Below are positions 9,419-19,766 of a stretch of DNA of 64,000 nt, one piece after another; the stretch's first letter is position 1, and the number at the start of each line of letters is the position of its first letter. Location: assembly GCA_029258835.1 (NCBI GenBank), contig JAPDJY010000039.1, forward strand, positions 99,615 to 163,614, given 5' to 3'. The position numbers and the translations under genes are program-made. The notes under the pieces were generated by a model. That model was not told where the DNA came from, made no database searches, and was given only the letters and a program-made list of their open reading frames with translations. This stretch comes from Thermoproteota archaeon (GTDB lineage Archaea; Asgardarchaeota; Jordiarchaeia; Jordiarchaeales; Freyrarchaeaceae).

Positions 9419-10351
9419 ATGATTAGCTTAGGTTCCTTATTTGGATTGCAAGTAGGGGAAATCACAAACATTGCTATTGGCTTTATCGTAGTCGGTGGGT
9501 TAGGTTTAGCTTCTGTTAAAGCGAAGGCAGTGGACGTTTCAGGTCTTCTTGCAGGTTTAGTTGTTGGACTGGCAATATGGGTTTTTACAAGCTGGACGTG
9601 GTTTATAATGGTGATGACTTTTCATATAGTTGCAGCTGTGTTTACAAAGTATAAATACGAAAGGAAGAGGAAGCAGGGGGTGGCTCAGGAGAAGGGAGGA
9701 GCACGTGCGTGGACTAATGTGTTTGCAAACGGGGGTGTTGCAGCGTTTTTAGCTGTAATGGAAGGATTATGTTTGCTTGCTATTCCGCTTGGAAACTTTG
9801 ACATGTTTCTGGCGGGTTTCCTTGGAGCGGTAGCTACCGGTACTGCCGACACGCTTGCAACAGAAATCGGGTTACTTTATCCTAAAGATCCAAGGTTGAT
9901 AATTAATCCACTCAAAAGGGTGCCTCCGGGAACTTCAGGGGGAGTTTCACCTCTAGGAGAAATGGCGATTCTTTTAAGCGGTTTAATAATAGGTGGAGTT
10001 GCGGCTTTATTATACCAGTTAAACTTGTTGGATGCTGTTGGAGGCATAAACGGCCTTATCATAAGAGTAATTGATTATCTGGGAATAGGAGTGCCTGTAT
10101 GGACAAAATTGCTCATGATTAGTGTCATGTCAGGGTTTATTGGGAGCACGGTGGATAGCGTAATAGGAGCAACAATTCAGTCACTTTTCAAATGCAATGT
10201 ATGCGGAAAGATAACTGAACGTGAAGAACACTGTGGACAAGTTACAAGGCAGTTAAAGGGATACCGGGTGATAGACAATAACATAGTTAATCTAGCGGCT
10301 ACAGCAGTAGGTGCACTAAGCGGGTTTGTATTTTACCTGTTGCTTTTCTAG
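9419..10351 (+). CDS. DUF92/TMEM19 family membrane protein
   Basis: GARAWTNVFANGG, ADTLATEIG, VPPGTSGGVSPLG, DSVIGATIQ, DNNIVN. Confidence 0.88.
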   Translation: MISLGSLFGLQVGEITNIAIGFIVVGGLGLASVKAKAVDVSGLLAGLVVGLAIWVFTSWTWFIMVMTFHIVAAVFTKYKYERKRKQGVAQEKGGARAWTNVFANGGVAAFLAVMEGLCLLAIPLGNFDMFLAGFLGAVATGTADTLATEIGLLYPKDPRLIINPLKRVPPGTSGGVSPLGEMAILLSGLIIGGVAALLYQLNLLDAVGGINGLIIRVIDYLGIGVPVWTKLLMISVMSGFIGSTVDSVIGATIQSLFKCNVCGKITEREEHCGQVTRQLKGYRVIDNNIVNLAATAVGALSGFVFYLLLF

Positions 10352-10562
10352 TGAAACTTAATGATGAACGCTAAATGGAAAGATGTTAATGTTTGCTCTC
10401 AATAAGTTTTCTTTTTGTTCCTTATTAGGTAAAACCTTACTTATTCCAATCTTTTGCTTAATGAACTAATATTTTGAGAGTTTTCAAAAGAAGAAAAATG
10501 AGAAGAATTTAAGAATTATGCAGCGAACACCTTATACTTTAGAATTTTAGGATTTTTAGCGA

Positions 10563-10793
10563 TTACTGATAGCACATGTCAACGAACGCACTGTAAGCGT
10601 CAACTGGCTCTGAGAGTTTATTAATTTTGACGACCTCCTTTCTTCCGCAACCACCACAACCCACAATTGCAACACCCTCATCCTTTTTCATTTCAACTGT
10701 GACGCTGTTCTCTCCGCAGATTGGACATGAAAAAACATTTGGAATCGTTTTCCTTGGACGCCTTACAACCTTTCTACTTTTTCTACGTCCCAA
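10563..10793 (-). CDS. elf1: Transcription elongation factor Elf1 homolog
   Basis: MGRRK...FSCPICG...CGGCG...LSEPVDAYSAFVD. Confidence 0.9.
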   Translation of the reverse strand: MGRRKSRKVVRRPRKTIPNVFSCPICGENSVTVEMKKDEGVAIVGCGGCGRKEVVKINKLSEPVDAYSAFVDMCYQ

Positions 10794-11098
10794 AACCCAT
10801 CACCTCAAAAAAGGCAATCTATAGGGAAACGCAAGACAAATTAAAATAAAGTGAGGCAAGTTTTAAACTGGAGCAAAGATTCACTTTAACTTACATTTTT
10901 AACATTTTAAAGTATTTCTGGTCAGATTTTAAATTTTAATTAGTTAGATTCAAGGGAGATAACAAAAATAAATTATAAATGTGTAAAGTACCGCAATGGG
11001 TAATTTTCCTTAAAAGATTTTGAAGTTTAAATTTTAAGGCTTTTAAAGCGATTAGAAGTAAGATATTTATAACGTTAAATATTAGATGAGGTTTGGGT

Positions 11099-11226
11099 GC
11101 GGGGGTAGCCAAGCGGACAAGGGTCCGCACAACGGCGCTGATCGGATCCTTTCCTCAGGATCCGAGTGGATGCCTTGAGAGCCAGTTCCCCGTTGGGGAG
11201 CGTGGGTTCGAATCCCACCCCCCGCG
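11099..11226 (+). tRNA. tRNA-Ser(TGA) with two introns (11119-11130, 11141-11171); CCA not encoded
   Basis: Exons rebuild GCGGGGGTAGCCAAGCGGACAACGGCGCTGGCCTTGAGAGCCAGTTCCCCGTTGGGGAGCGTGGGTTCGAATCCCACCCCCCGCG; long variable arm, G discriminator. Confidence 0.9.
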
Positions 11227-11261
11227 CTAATTTTAACTTTTGTTTTGAAAGAAAGGTTGGT

Positions 11262-11606
11262 TTAGTCATATATGTTTGCGAAACACCTCAAGGCCATCTC
11301 GATTATGATTATTATTGCATTAATAATTAAGATATTTCCGCTTAGTGGGTTTACTGTTGCATATCTAACTGTAATAGGTAATGTGAAGAGGAAAAGAGAA
11401 GAAGAAAGAAGAAGGGATACCCAATTAAATGAAAAAATAATAAAAAATGAAGTAAACAACCAAATGATCAAAATGAGAGTTAACTGATCGCCTGTTGAAA
11501 CGACATGAGCGACGTTAATGCTGTTAAGTACAATTGGAAGATGTATAAATAGAAAGAACAAAGTAAGTATTAAGGAGCTTAGGAGGCTCCAAGAAATTCT
11601 GTTCAT
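11262..11606 (-). CDS. Small hypothetical membrane protein
   Basis: Hydrophobic ORF filling an intergenic gap; ATG 11606 preceded by a GAGGGG RBS; AT-rich. Confidence 0.45.
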   Translation of the reverse strand: MNRISWSLLSSLILTLFFLFIHLPIVLNSINVAHVVSTGDQLTLILIIWLFTSFFIIFSFNWVSLLLSSSLFLFTLPITVRYATVNPLSGNILIINAIIIIIEMALRCFANIYD

Positions 11607-11686
11607 TATCAGCCCCTCTAAACATGGAATGCCTTTGAAAAATATAAAAAGGCAACAGGAGGAGACCACTTACGAAAACAGTTAAG

Positions 11687-12232
11687 TTGGTGACGATAAA
11701 AATACCTAATAGTTTAAGCGTTCTTATCACAGAGCTTGCTGACAGCTTATTAAGTATTTTTGCACCCTTAAATTGTGTGGTTGAGAAGGTAGAGGAAAAC
11801 ATTGAGTTTGCATATAACCCTGTAAGAAAGCAGTATGATGCCGAAAAAGTGTTAATACGACTGAAAAGGATTACACAAACAGAGTTTAGGGTATTAGGGA
11901 TAGTATTAGTAGATTTATACGTTCAAGGGTTAAATTTCGTCTTTGGATTAGCGGAGTGCCCAGGGAAAGCGGCATTAATTTCGCTTTACAGACTTAGACC
12001 CGAATTTTATGGCGAACCAAGAGACAAAAGGATACTTTTTGAAAGAATGATGAAGGAAGCCGTACACGAATTAGGACACACATTTGCCCTAAAACATTGC
12101 CCTGAGAAGAGTTGTGTAATGCACTTCTCTAATAGCATCCTTGATATAGACGTGAAGGAAAAAGAGTTCTGCCCGCTCTGTAAAGAAAAACTCAAAAGAA
12201 CATTGAAAAAACATAAAATGAAACTAATATAA
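11687..12232 (+). CDS. amzA: Archaemetzincin Zn metalloprotease
   Basis: AYNPVRKQY, LNFVFGLA, KEAVHELGHTFALKHC, CVMHFSNS, FCPLC. Confidence 0.92.
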   Translation: MVTIKIPNSLSVLITELADSLLSIFAPLNCVVEKVEENIEFAYNPVRKQYDAEKVLIRLKRITQTEFRVLGIVLVDLYVQGLNFVFGLAECPGKAALISLYRLRPEFYGEPRDKRILFERMMKEAVHELGHTFALKHCPEKSCVMHFSNSILDIDVKEKEFCPLCKEKLKRTLKKHKMKLI

Positions 12233-12408
12233 TTAAAAAACTAATAAATTAAATTTAAAATTGCATAGAAAAGTAGAGGAAATAAATTTTATAAATACCT
12301 TAAGGGTTGTATTCTACACTGTTGAAGCTTAAGTAAAGGAAAGCTGGCCAGAAGCACTTAAAATGCATGTTTAAGTGAAAAAAACCAATAGGGATGGAGG
12401 TATTCGAA

Positions 12409-13131
12409 ATGTTCGCTGCGCCTGGTCTAGGATATGATAGGGCAATTACGATTTTCTCTCCTGATGGTAGACTCTTTCAAGTTGAATACGCTATTGAAGC
12501 TGTTCGGAGAGGGACGACTGCAATAGGTGTTAGATGCAAAGACGGGGTAGTTTTAGCCGTTGAAAAAAGGATTCTTTCACTTCAAGACCCAGAAAGCGTA
12601 GAGAAAATATTCATAATAGATGATCATATAGGTGCTGCGATAGCGGGATTAACTGCAGATGCCCGTGTACTTGTAGACCAAGCCCGCGTCCAAGCGCAAG
12701 TTAACAAGTTAACTTATGATGAACCTATCAGTGTTGAAAGCTTAACTAAATACATTGGAGATTTAAAACAAGTTTACACACAACATGCGGGTGTTAGACC
12801 GTTTGGTGTGTCGTTCCTTATCGCTGGAGTTGACGATTCTGGACCACGGCTTTTCATGACAGACCCATCCGGAACATACTGGGGTTACTGGGCCACGGCT
12901 ATAGGGGCTGGGTCGCAGAAAGCTAAAGAGATCCTTGAAAAAGAATATAAAAAGGATTTAAGTTTGGAGGAGGGAATTAAGCTTTCATTAACGGCCCTCA
13001 AAGCCGTTCTCGAGGCGGACTTTGATTCAACTAGAGTAGAGATCGCTGTAGTTGACGTTGAAACAAGGAGGTTCCGTAAAATACCCGTAAGCGAAGTTCA
13101 GAGTTACATTGAAAAGTTAGATAAAAGTTAA
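12409..13131 (+). CDS. psmA: Proteasome subunit alpha
   Basis: GYDRAITIFSPDGRLFQVEYA, GVRPFGVSFL. Confidence 0.97.
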   Translation: MFAAPGLGYDRAITIFSPDGRLFQVEYAIEAVRRGTTAIGVRCKDGVVLAVEKRILSLQDPESVEKIFIIDDHIGAAIAGLTADARVLVDQARVQAQVNKLTYDEPISVESLTKYIGDLKQVYTQHAGVRPFGVSFLIAGVDDSGPRLFMTDPSGTYWGYWATAIGAGSQKAKEILEKEYKKDLSLEEGIKLSLTALKAVLEADFDSTRVEIAVVDVETRRFRKIPVSEVQSYIEKLDKS

Positions 13132-13170
13132 AGAAAATTAAATCATTAGAGAGGCGGGGAAAGGTGGCGA

Positions 13171-13899
13171 ATGTCTCAAATTAGAGGAGAAAAAAGAGTA
13201 GAGTTTGGAGAGAACATATCTATTGTGAAATATGAAAAGTATGGGTTATCCTTTGAAATAATAGTTGATGTCAAGAAAGCATGGGAGTACAAGACAGGTA
13301 AGGAAATCGATCCAACGGAAGTTCTTCAAACATTTGTTATTTACGAGAATGCTCGGCGAGGAGAAAAGGCATCTGAAGAGAACATGCAGAAGATTTTTGG
13401 GACAACAGACCCGCTTGAAATTGCAAAGGTTATTTTGAAGAAAGGAGAGCTACACCTTACAACAGAGCAGCGACGTGAGCTTCTAGAGCAGAAAAAGAAA
13501 AAAATAGTAAATATTTTAGCAAGAACCTGTGTAAATCCTCAAACAGGATTACCTCACCCACCCACGAGGATTGAAAACGCAATGGAAGAAGCAAAGGTCC
13601 AGGTGGATCTATGGAGAAGTGCGGAGGAGCAAGTGAAGGATGTACTTAAAAGGATTCAGAGTGTTATCCCCATAAAAATGGAGACGCTTAGAGTTGCCGT
13701 AAAATTTCCCCCAGAATATGCTGGAAAGGGCTACAATATATTAGAAAGGTTTGGAAGAATAATTAGGGAGGAATGGCAATCGGATGGCTCGTGGATCGCT
13801 ATGATTGAAATACCAGGAGGAGTAAAAGGACAATTATTGAATGTAATTAATACTGCAACTAAGGGTAAAGCGCAGATTAAGTTTCTTCAAAAAACATAG
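13171..13899 (+). CDS. Ribosome maturation factor SBDS/Sdo1
   Basis: IFGTTDPLEIA, LTTEQRRE, NPQTGLPHPPTRIENAM; superoperon position. Confidence 0.95.
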   Translation: MSQIRGEKRVEFGENISIVKYEKYGLSFEIIVDVKKAWEYKTGKEIDPTEVLQTFVIYENARRGEKASEENMQKIFGTTDPLEIAKVILKKGELHLTTEQRRELLEQKKKKIVNILARTCVNPQTGLPHPPTRIENAMEEAKVQVDLWRSAEEQVKDVLKRIQSVIPIKMETLRVAVKFPPEYAGKGYNILERFGRIIREEWQSDGSWIAMIEIPGGVKGQLLNVINTATKGKAQIKFLQKT

Positions 13900-13931
13900 A
13901 AGGCTCTTAAAGGCGCTGAGGAGGAAAAAAT

Positions 13932-14645
13932 TTGACTATTTATTTCAGAAAAAGGCAGATAGTGTTGCCGGGAGAGGTACTGGCTGAAGGTAACAGGATT
14001 AAGCCGGGTGAAGGAACATTTAAGGAAGCAAACAAAATCTTATCAGCCGTTGTCGGGCTGGCTGAAGTTAAAGGTGACACCGTCTTCGTCGTCCCTCTAG
14101 AGGGAGTTTACATTCCTAGACCAGGGGATGTGGTTATAGGTAAAATAGTTAACGTTAAGTTAACATCTTGGGATGTGGATATATTAGCTCCTTACCTAGC
14201 CACCCTTAACCCCGTAAATGCTTTAGGAAAACAATTTGATCCTATTAAAAATGACCTGAGGCGAATATATGATGTAGGAGACATTATAGTCGCCAAAATT
14301 TTAGCTTTTGACAGAACTCAGCCTCCCATACTCACTACAAAAGAAAGAGGACTAGGAAAGCTTCAGGGTGGACGGCTTGTTAGGATGATGCCTACAAGGA
14401 TACCTCGACTCATTGGTAGAAGAGGATCTATGATAAACATGATCAAGAAAAGAACAGGATGCCAAATAGTGATAGGGCAGAACGGGTTAATCTGGATATC
14501 TGGGAAAAACATAGAGGATGAAGAGTTGGTTGTTAGGGCAATAAGGCAAATAGAACGGGAGGCGCATACCTCCGGCCTTACCGACCGTATAAGGGCATTA
14601 ATTTACAGAAACGGAAAGAAAGAGGAGGATTTAAATGAGCATTAA
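13932..14645 (+). CDS. rrp4: Exosome RNA-binding cap subunit Rrp4
   Basis: [11 protein letters not shown] (S1), [12 protein letters not shown] (KH), [14 protein letters not shown]. Confidence 0.95.
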   Translation: MTIYFRKRQIVLPGEVLAEGNRIKPGEGTFKEANKILSAVVGLAEVKGDTVFVVPLEGVYIPRPGDVVIGKIVNVKLTSWDVDILAPYLATLNPVNALGKQFDPIKNDLRRIYDVGDIIVAKILAFDRTQPPILTTKERGLGKLQGGRLVRMMPTRIPRLIGRRGSMINMIKKRTGCQIVIGQNGLIWISGKNIEDEELVVRAIRQIEREAHTSGLTDRIRALIYRNGKKEEDLNEH

Positions 14646-15396
14646 GAACTACTCCCAAGAGGAATTATTTAAAGATGGTGTTAGAATTGACGGGCGGGGA
14701 GCAAACGAACTTAGGTCAATAAAGCTCGAAGTGGGCGTTTTATCTCGAGCGGATGGATCAGCGTACATAGAGCAAGGAAACAACAAAATACTTGTAGCCG
14801 TTTATGGACCTAGGGAGCTCCATCCTAAGCATCTCGCAAGACCTGATGCCGCCATCTTACAATGCGTATATAGAATGGCTACGTTCTCCGTGGATGAAAG
14901 GAAAAGCCCTGCGCCTTCAAGAAGAGAACTTGAACTTTCGAAGGTAATTAGAGGGGCTTTAGCTCCTGCAATCTTCTTGAAAAATTTTCCAAGGTCTACG
15001 ATAGATGTTTACATTCAAGTTTTACAGGCTGACGGGGGTACACGGTGTGCAAGCATAACAGCAGCGTCCTTAGCATTAGCAGATGCAGGAGTTCCAATGC
15101 GCGACTTGGTCGCTGCTTGTGCAGTTGGTAAAGTTAATGGTACACTGGTTTTAGATCCCAATGACGTTGAAGATAAACTAGGAGAAGCAGACATGCCTTT
15201 AGCCCTCATGCCTAGGAAAAAGCTCATTACTCTTCTACAAATGGATGGACGAATGAGCAAAGAAGAATTTTTAGAGGCATGTAGGATGGCAATAAATGGA
15301 TGCATGGAAATTTACAGGCTTCAGAGGCAAGCATTAATTAAAAGGTACATGGTAATTAGAGAAGAGTATGAAGGAGGAGAGGAGGAGGATGCATGA
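14635..15396 (+). CDS. rrp41: Exosome core subunit Rrp41
   Basis: [29 protein letters not shown]. Confidence 0.96.
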   Translation: MSIKNYSQEELFKDGVRIDGRGANELRSIKLEVGVLSRADGSAYIEQGNNKILVAVYGPRELHPKHLARPDAAILQCVYRMATFSVDERKSPAPSRRELELSKVIRGALAPAIFLKNFPRSTIDVYIQVLQADGGTRCASITAASLALADAGVPMRDLVAACAVGKVNGTLVLDPNDVEDKLGEADMPLALMPRKKLITLLQMDGRMSKEEFLEACRMAINGCMEIYRLQRQALIKRYMVIREEYEGGEEEDA

Positions 15397-16216
15397 CGTA
15401 CTTTCAGAGATAGAAAGAAGGTTCATAGTTTCACTTGCTAGCAAGGAAAGGCGAGTAGATGGCCGCATGTTAAAGGAGATGAGACCCGTCACAATAGAGA
15501 CCGGGCTGATCAAAAAGGCTGAGGGGTCAGCTAAAGTCTCCCTAGGAGAAACTAAGGTTATTGCGGGAGTTAAAGCAGAGCTAGGATCGCCTTTTCCAGA
15601 TGAGCCAAATAAGGGCGTAATTACATGTAACGCAGAGCTTATTCCATTAGCATCGCCTGTCTTCGAAGTAGGGCCGCCACAGGAAGACGCAATAGAGCTG
15701 GCCCGAGTAGTTGACCGGGGAATAAGAGAATCTGAAATGATTAATCTAGAAAAGCTCTGTGTAATACCAGGCGAGAAAGTCTGGGTGCTTTTTGTGGACC
15801 TTTACATTCTTGATGATAATGGAAACCTTTTTGACGCGTCGTCATATGCAGCTGTCGCAGCTCTTTTAACCACGAAAATACCGGAAGTTGAAGTAAACGG
15901 GGATAACGTGGTAATCCGAGATGAACGAATGCTATTACCTATAGACGAAGTTCCAGTCTCCATAACTTTCAGCCGTGTAGGAGGGCGCCTCCTTCTCGAC
16001 CCAACAATAGATGAGGAAAAAGCGATGGATTGCCGTTTCACAATAGTAACAGATAAAGAGGATAATGTTGTTGCCGTCCAGAAAAGTGGAGATGGAATAT
16101 TAAGTGAAAGAGACGTTAGTGAAGCGTTAGAGGTAGCAATCGAAAAGGGGAGAGAGATACGCGAGAAACACTTTTACCCGATTTTAAAAAGCAGGGAGGC
16201 TAAAGCACATGGGTAG
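15389..16216 (+). CDS. rrp42: Exosome core subunit Rrp42
   Basis: [35 protein letters not shown]. Confidence 0.96.
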   Translation: MHDVLSEIERRFIVSLASKERRVDGRMLKEMRPVTIETGLIKKAEGSAKVSLGETKVIAGVKAELGSPFPDEPNKGVITCNAELIPLASPVFEVGPPQEDAIELARVVDRGIRESEMINLEKLCVIPGEKVWVLFVDLYILDDNGNLFDASSYAAVAALLTTKIPEVEVNGDNVVIRDERMLLPIDEVPVSITFSRVGGRLLLDPTIDEEKAMDCRFTIVTDKEDNVVAVQKSGDGILSERDVSEALEVAIEKGREIREKHFYPILKSREAKAHG

Positions 16217-16472
16217 AACCAAGAAAGTAGGAATTGCTGGTAGATTTGGCGCAAGATATGGTGTACGTGTAAGGGACAGGGTTAAAAAAATAGAGACGCA
16301 GATGAAACAGAAGCATAAATGCCCTAAATGCACTACTAAAGCCGTTAAACGTGTCTCCGTGGGAATATGGACTTGTAGGAAGTGCGGGTACACGTTCGCT
16401 GGTGGAGCGTACATACCGGTGACTGGAGCAGGAAAAGAGAAAGGAAGAGTTGTAGAGTCGCTTGAAAGATGA
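16209..16472 (+). CDS. rpl37ae: Ribosomal protein eL43 (L37Ae)
   Basis: [26 protein letters not shown]. Confidence 0.97.
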   Translation: MGRTKKVGIAGRFGARYGVRVRDRVKKIETQMKQKHKCPKCTTKAVKRVSVGIWTCRKCGYTFAGGAYIPVTGAGKEKGRVVESLER

Positions 16473-17002
16473 TATTAATAACGACTTCTAGGCGGCCAAC
16501 AAGGCGTGTAAGGAGTTTTTGCAAGGATTTAGCATTAGTAATACCAAATTCCACTAAAGTTAACAGAGGGAAAAAAAGCCTTCATGATGTTTTAATCGAA
16601 GCCGTCCAGAGAAGACATCCATATTTTCTTATTGTTGAAGCATGGAAAGGAAACCCGGGAAACATGCTATTCTACTCCACAAGTAATCTGCAACTTGAAG
16701 AACCAATAGCCGTCTTCCGGGTTAAAGGCGTTAAACTTCAAAGGGAAATTCAGAGAAGAACGAAGTGGAAGAAAGTAGGAAGCATAGCTGTAATTAAAAA
16801 CCCCACTAACCCTGAGTTAAGCGAGTTTTTTGTAAGGGTTTTCGGTGGAAAATTACGGGAAAAAACCGGGCAAGTGAAAGAGGACGTAACATTAGAAATA
16901 AAGGGAAACGATGAAAATATTTTAAAATTTAAAGATGGAGAAACAGGCATGGAAGTGGGACCACGTGTAAGATTTAAAGTGGTAAAGTTGGGGCTACCTT
17001 GA
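16469..17002 (+). CDS. Brix-domain (Imp4-like) ribosome biogenesis protein
   Basis: [28 protein letters not shown]. Confidence 0.9.
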   Translation: MILITTSRRPTRRVRSFCKDLALVIPNSTKVNRGKKSLHDVLIEAVQRRHPYFLIVEAWKGNPGNMLFYSTSNLQLEEPIAVFRVKGVKLQREIQRRTKWKKVGSIAVIKNPTNPELSEFFVRVFGGKLREKTGQVKEDVTLEIKGNDENILKFKDGETGMEVGPRVRFKVVKLGLP

Positions 17003-17259
17003 AAGTTAAAGAGGTCAAGGCGGTTATAGAGCTAAAGGTACCATGTCCTGAAGTAGTCTTCAGCTCTATTAACCCTGAGATTAGGGAGCCGCCGACGGAT
17101 AGATATACAGGAAAATTAAAAAAGGATAAAGGTAAAGTAACCTTCGAATTTAAAGCCAAGGATCTCGTTGCATTTAGAGCAGCAATTAATGCTTACATTA
17201 GATGGGTAAGAAGCATATGTGAAATATATGATATATATTTGAAGGAGGGATTAAAATAG
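16999..17259 (+). CDS. pcc1: KEOPS complex subunit Pcc1
   Basis: SINPE...AKDLVAFRAAINAYIRW. Confidence 0.88.
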   Translation: MKVKEVKAVIELKVPCPEVVFSSINPEIREPPTDRYTGKLKKDKGKVTFEFKAKDLVAFRAAINAYIRWVRSICEIYDIYLKEGLK

Positions 17260-17621
17260 CGTCAAGTGAGATACCACCCCAAATTCAACAACAAATACTA
17301 CGAATGCAACAACTTCAGCAGAGCCTAGAACTATTAATATCTCAGCGTACTCAACTTGAACTCCAGTTGAGAGAGACGGAGCATGCTTTAAAGGAGTTGG
17401 AAAACGTACAATCTGGTGAAGCAGTCTACAAGATAGTTGGACCACTACTAGTTAAGGCAGATCCAAACAAAGTAAAGGAAGAGCTGGAAGATTTAAAGGT
17501 GAGCATAGATACTAGGATAAAAACCCTCAAAAGGCAGGAGGAGCGTTCAAGGAAGCAGTTAGAGGAAATGCGAGCGAAGGTCCAAGCAGCACTTCAAGGG
17601 GGAGGAGCCACCGCTGGTTAA
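17256..17621 (+). CDS. pfdB: Prefoldin subunit beta (start probably ATA at 17256; first ATG at 17304)
   Basis: EIPPQIQQQILRMQQLQQ, VYKIVGPLLVK. The conserved N-terminus lies upstream of the first ATG. Confidence 0.9.
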   Translation: MASSEIPPQIQQQILRMQQLQQSLELLISQRTQLELQLRETEHALKELENVQSGEAVYKIVGPLLVKADPNKVKEELEDLKVSIDTRIKTLKRQEERSRKQLEEMRAKVQAALQGGGATAG

Positions 17622-17624
17622 AAA

Positions 17625-17921
17625 ATACAGGAGGAAAGGAAGTTTTTCTCTGTAAGTGAGGAGGAAATAGAGGAAATTTGTAATTTAGCAGAGAAAGCTG
17701 CTCGCAGGTATGTTTTATCTCGTTGCAGAAAACGTGATGTAATAGACTTAAAAATAGTTGTCTCCTCTGAGATTAAGGATGAAATAACATTCAATGTTGA
17801 CCTAGAAGTGCAACTATCACCTTTAGCTAAAGTTGAACCTGAAGAACTAGCTCAAAGAGCCGCAGAGAAAGCTATCGAGAAAATAGAGGAATGGCTGAGG
17901 GACATTGCGGAGCGCACTTAG
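17625..17921 (+). CDS. DUF3194-like protein, missed by the ORF track (no canonical start)
   Basis: Open frame reading SEEEIEEICNLAEKAARRYVLSRCRKRDVIDLKIVV...FNVDLEVQLSPL...; expected position between pfdB and the DHH gene. Confidence 0.7.
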   Translation: MQEERKFFSVSEEEIEEICNLAEKAARRYVLSRCRKRDVIDLKIVVSSEIKDEITFNVDLEVQLSPLAKVEPEELAQRAAEKAIEKIEEWLRDIAERT

Positions 17922-18909
17922 AAAACTGCAAAAATTTTTGAGTGAAGGAGAAGGCGCAAACATGGCTATAATATGTCATCAAAATGCAGATCCTGATGCA
18001 CTTTGCAGTGCATACGCATTAAAGCATTTAATTGGCATACTTGGGTATAAAGGAGAAATATCGGTGCTGTCTGATGAAGTAAGCATTCTTGCATCAAACA
18101 TAGCGGGGATGTTAAATATCGAGTATTCAACCAGTGGAAACTTAAATGCTTTTAACTTGTTTATCGTTGTTGATACGTGCAACCCAGAACAGTTAGGGAA
18201 GTTCCATCAGGCACCGCTCATTAAGCCGACGTTAACTATAGATCATCATTCTCCCAAACCTGAAAAGGGCGTTTTTAAAGAATCTATAGTAGATCCTAAA
18301 GCTACATCTACGTCAGAGATCATTGCTGAACTGTTTAAAAAGTCAGGAAAAGAAATATCCAGAGAGGTCTGCACGGCACTCTTAATAGGAATACTTTATG
18401 ACAGTAGAAGCTTATATTTGGCAACGCCTAGAACGTTAAAGACAGCGGCATTCCTCCTCGAGAAAGGAGGAGACTACACGTTTGCCCACAGAGTGTTAAA
18501 GGGCATCATGGATAGAGCGGAAAAAATAGCACGGTTAAAAGCGGCTAAAAGAGCGGAGATAACGGATGTTAACGGATGGATCATTGTTTTTACACGGGTT
18601 GGATCATATGAGGCAAGTGCATGTAGAGGCCTTATAGAGTTGGGTGCTGATGTGGCCATAGTAGGGACAGAGCGGAAAGACGAGATTAGGATAAGCGCTA
18701 GAGCGACTAAGGAATTTTATGAGAGGACAAGGGTTCACCTCGGAAAGGTAATGAATAAGCTAGGAAAAACGATTGGGGGAAGTGGAGGAGGACACACGTT
18801 AGCTGCAGGGTTTAACGCCACTTCAGGCGACCTTGAGGATGCATTTCAAACACTTCAAACACTTTTAAGAAATGTTATAACAAGGGAAAAGAGGGAAAAT
18901 GATAAATGA
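17905..18909 (+). CDS. DHH/DHHA1 family phosphoesterase
   Basis: HQNADPDA, IDHH, GILYDS, GGGHTLAAG. Confidence 0.92.
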   Translation: MRSALRKLQKFLSEGEGANMAIICHQNADPDALCSAYALKHLIGILGYKGEISVLSDEVSILASNIAGMLNIEYSTSGNLNAFNLFIVVDTCNPEQLGKFHQAPLIKPTLTIDHHSPKPEKGVFKESIVDPKATSTSEIIAELFKKSGKEISREVCTALLIGILYDSRSLYLATPRTLKTAAFLLEKGGDYTFAHRVLKGIMDRAEKIARLKAAKRAEITDVNGWIIVFTRVGSYEASACRGLIELGADVAIVGTERKDEIRISARATKEFYERTRVHLGKVMNKLGKTIGGSGGGHTLAAGFNATSGDLEDAFQTLQTLLRNVITREKRENDK

Positions 18910-19766
18910 TAGTTGTTAAGGACTTAACGTTTACTTATAGTAGTGCAAAAGAGCCAGCGGTTAAAGACGTTAACCTTAAAATAGAAGAAGGCGAGTTCGT
19001 CCTGTTTTTAGGTCCAACGGGATGCGGGAAAACGACATTATGCCGATGCCTAAATGGGCTTATACCGCATTTCTATAGAGGGCACATGATGGGATATGTT
19101 AAAATTGATGGGCTAGACACAAGGAAACACCCGGTTCATTCTTTAGCGTTAAAGGTCGGGTTGGTGTTCCAGAACCCTGAAGAGCAGATGGTAGCTTTAA
19201 CGGTTGAAAGAGAAATAGCCTTTGGGCTTGAAAACTTAGCTGTCCCGCGAAGAGAAATGATAAAGAAATTGGAAGAAATAAGCAGCATTCTTGAAATAGA
19301 ACATTTAATGAAGAGGAGAACGGATGACCTTTCAGGAGGGGAAGTGCAAAAAGTTGCTATAGGGGCAATCCTAGTAACAGAACCAAGCGTCCTTATATTA
19401 GATGAACCAACTGCAAACTTAGATCCTCAAAGCGTTGAGATACTAGCGGGCACTATTAAACGCATAAACCGAAAAGAAGGTATCACGGTTATTTTAACCG
19501 AACACAGGTTGGACCACATAATTCCATATGTTGGTAGGGTGGTTTTAATGAATAAGGGACGTGTATTGATGGATGGGGAGCCAAGAGAGGTCCTTTCGTC
19601 GATTAATGCGGAGGAGACAGGGATATATCTGCCTAGAATTATAGAACTGTACAAGAAGCTCAAAAAGAAAGGTGTTGTACTGGCTCAGCCGCCGATTTCT
19701 ATAGAGGAGTTCTATGAGTTTATGCGAGGGTACATTTATGATTCAAGTGGAGAACGTATGGTATAG
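18906..19766 (+). CDS. ECF transporter ATPase subunit A
   Basis: GPTGCGKTT, VFQNPEEQ, LSGGE, LDEPT, EH. Confidence 0.92.
   Translation: MIVVKDLTFTYSSAKEPAVKDVNLKIEEGEFVLFLGPTGCGKTTLCRCLNGLIPHFYRGHMMGYVKIDGLDTRKHPVHSLALKVGLVFQNPEEQMVALTVEREIAFGLENLAVPRREMIKKLEEISSILEIEHLMKRRTDDLSGGEVQKVAIGAILVTEPSVLILDEPTANLDPQSVEILAGTIKRINRKEGITVILTEHRLDHIIPYVGRVVLMNKGRVLMDGEPREVLSSINAEETGIYLPRIIELYKKLKKKGVVLAQPPISIEEFYEFMRGYIYDSSGERMV

Noticed and set aside
11075-11269. 64-aa ORF antisense to tRNA-Ser, and the many other short antisense ORFs overlapping real genes
   Set aside because: They are shadows of tRNA or coding sequence on the opposite strand.
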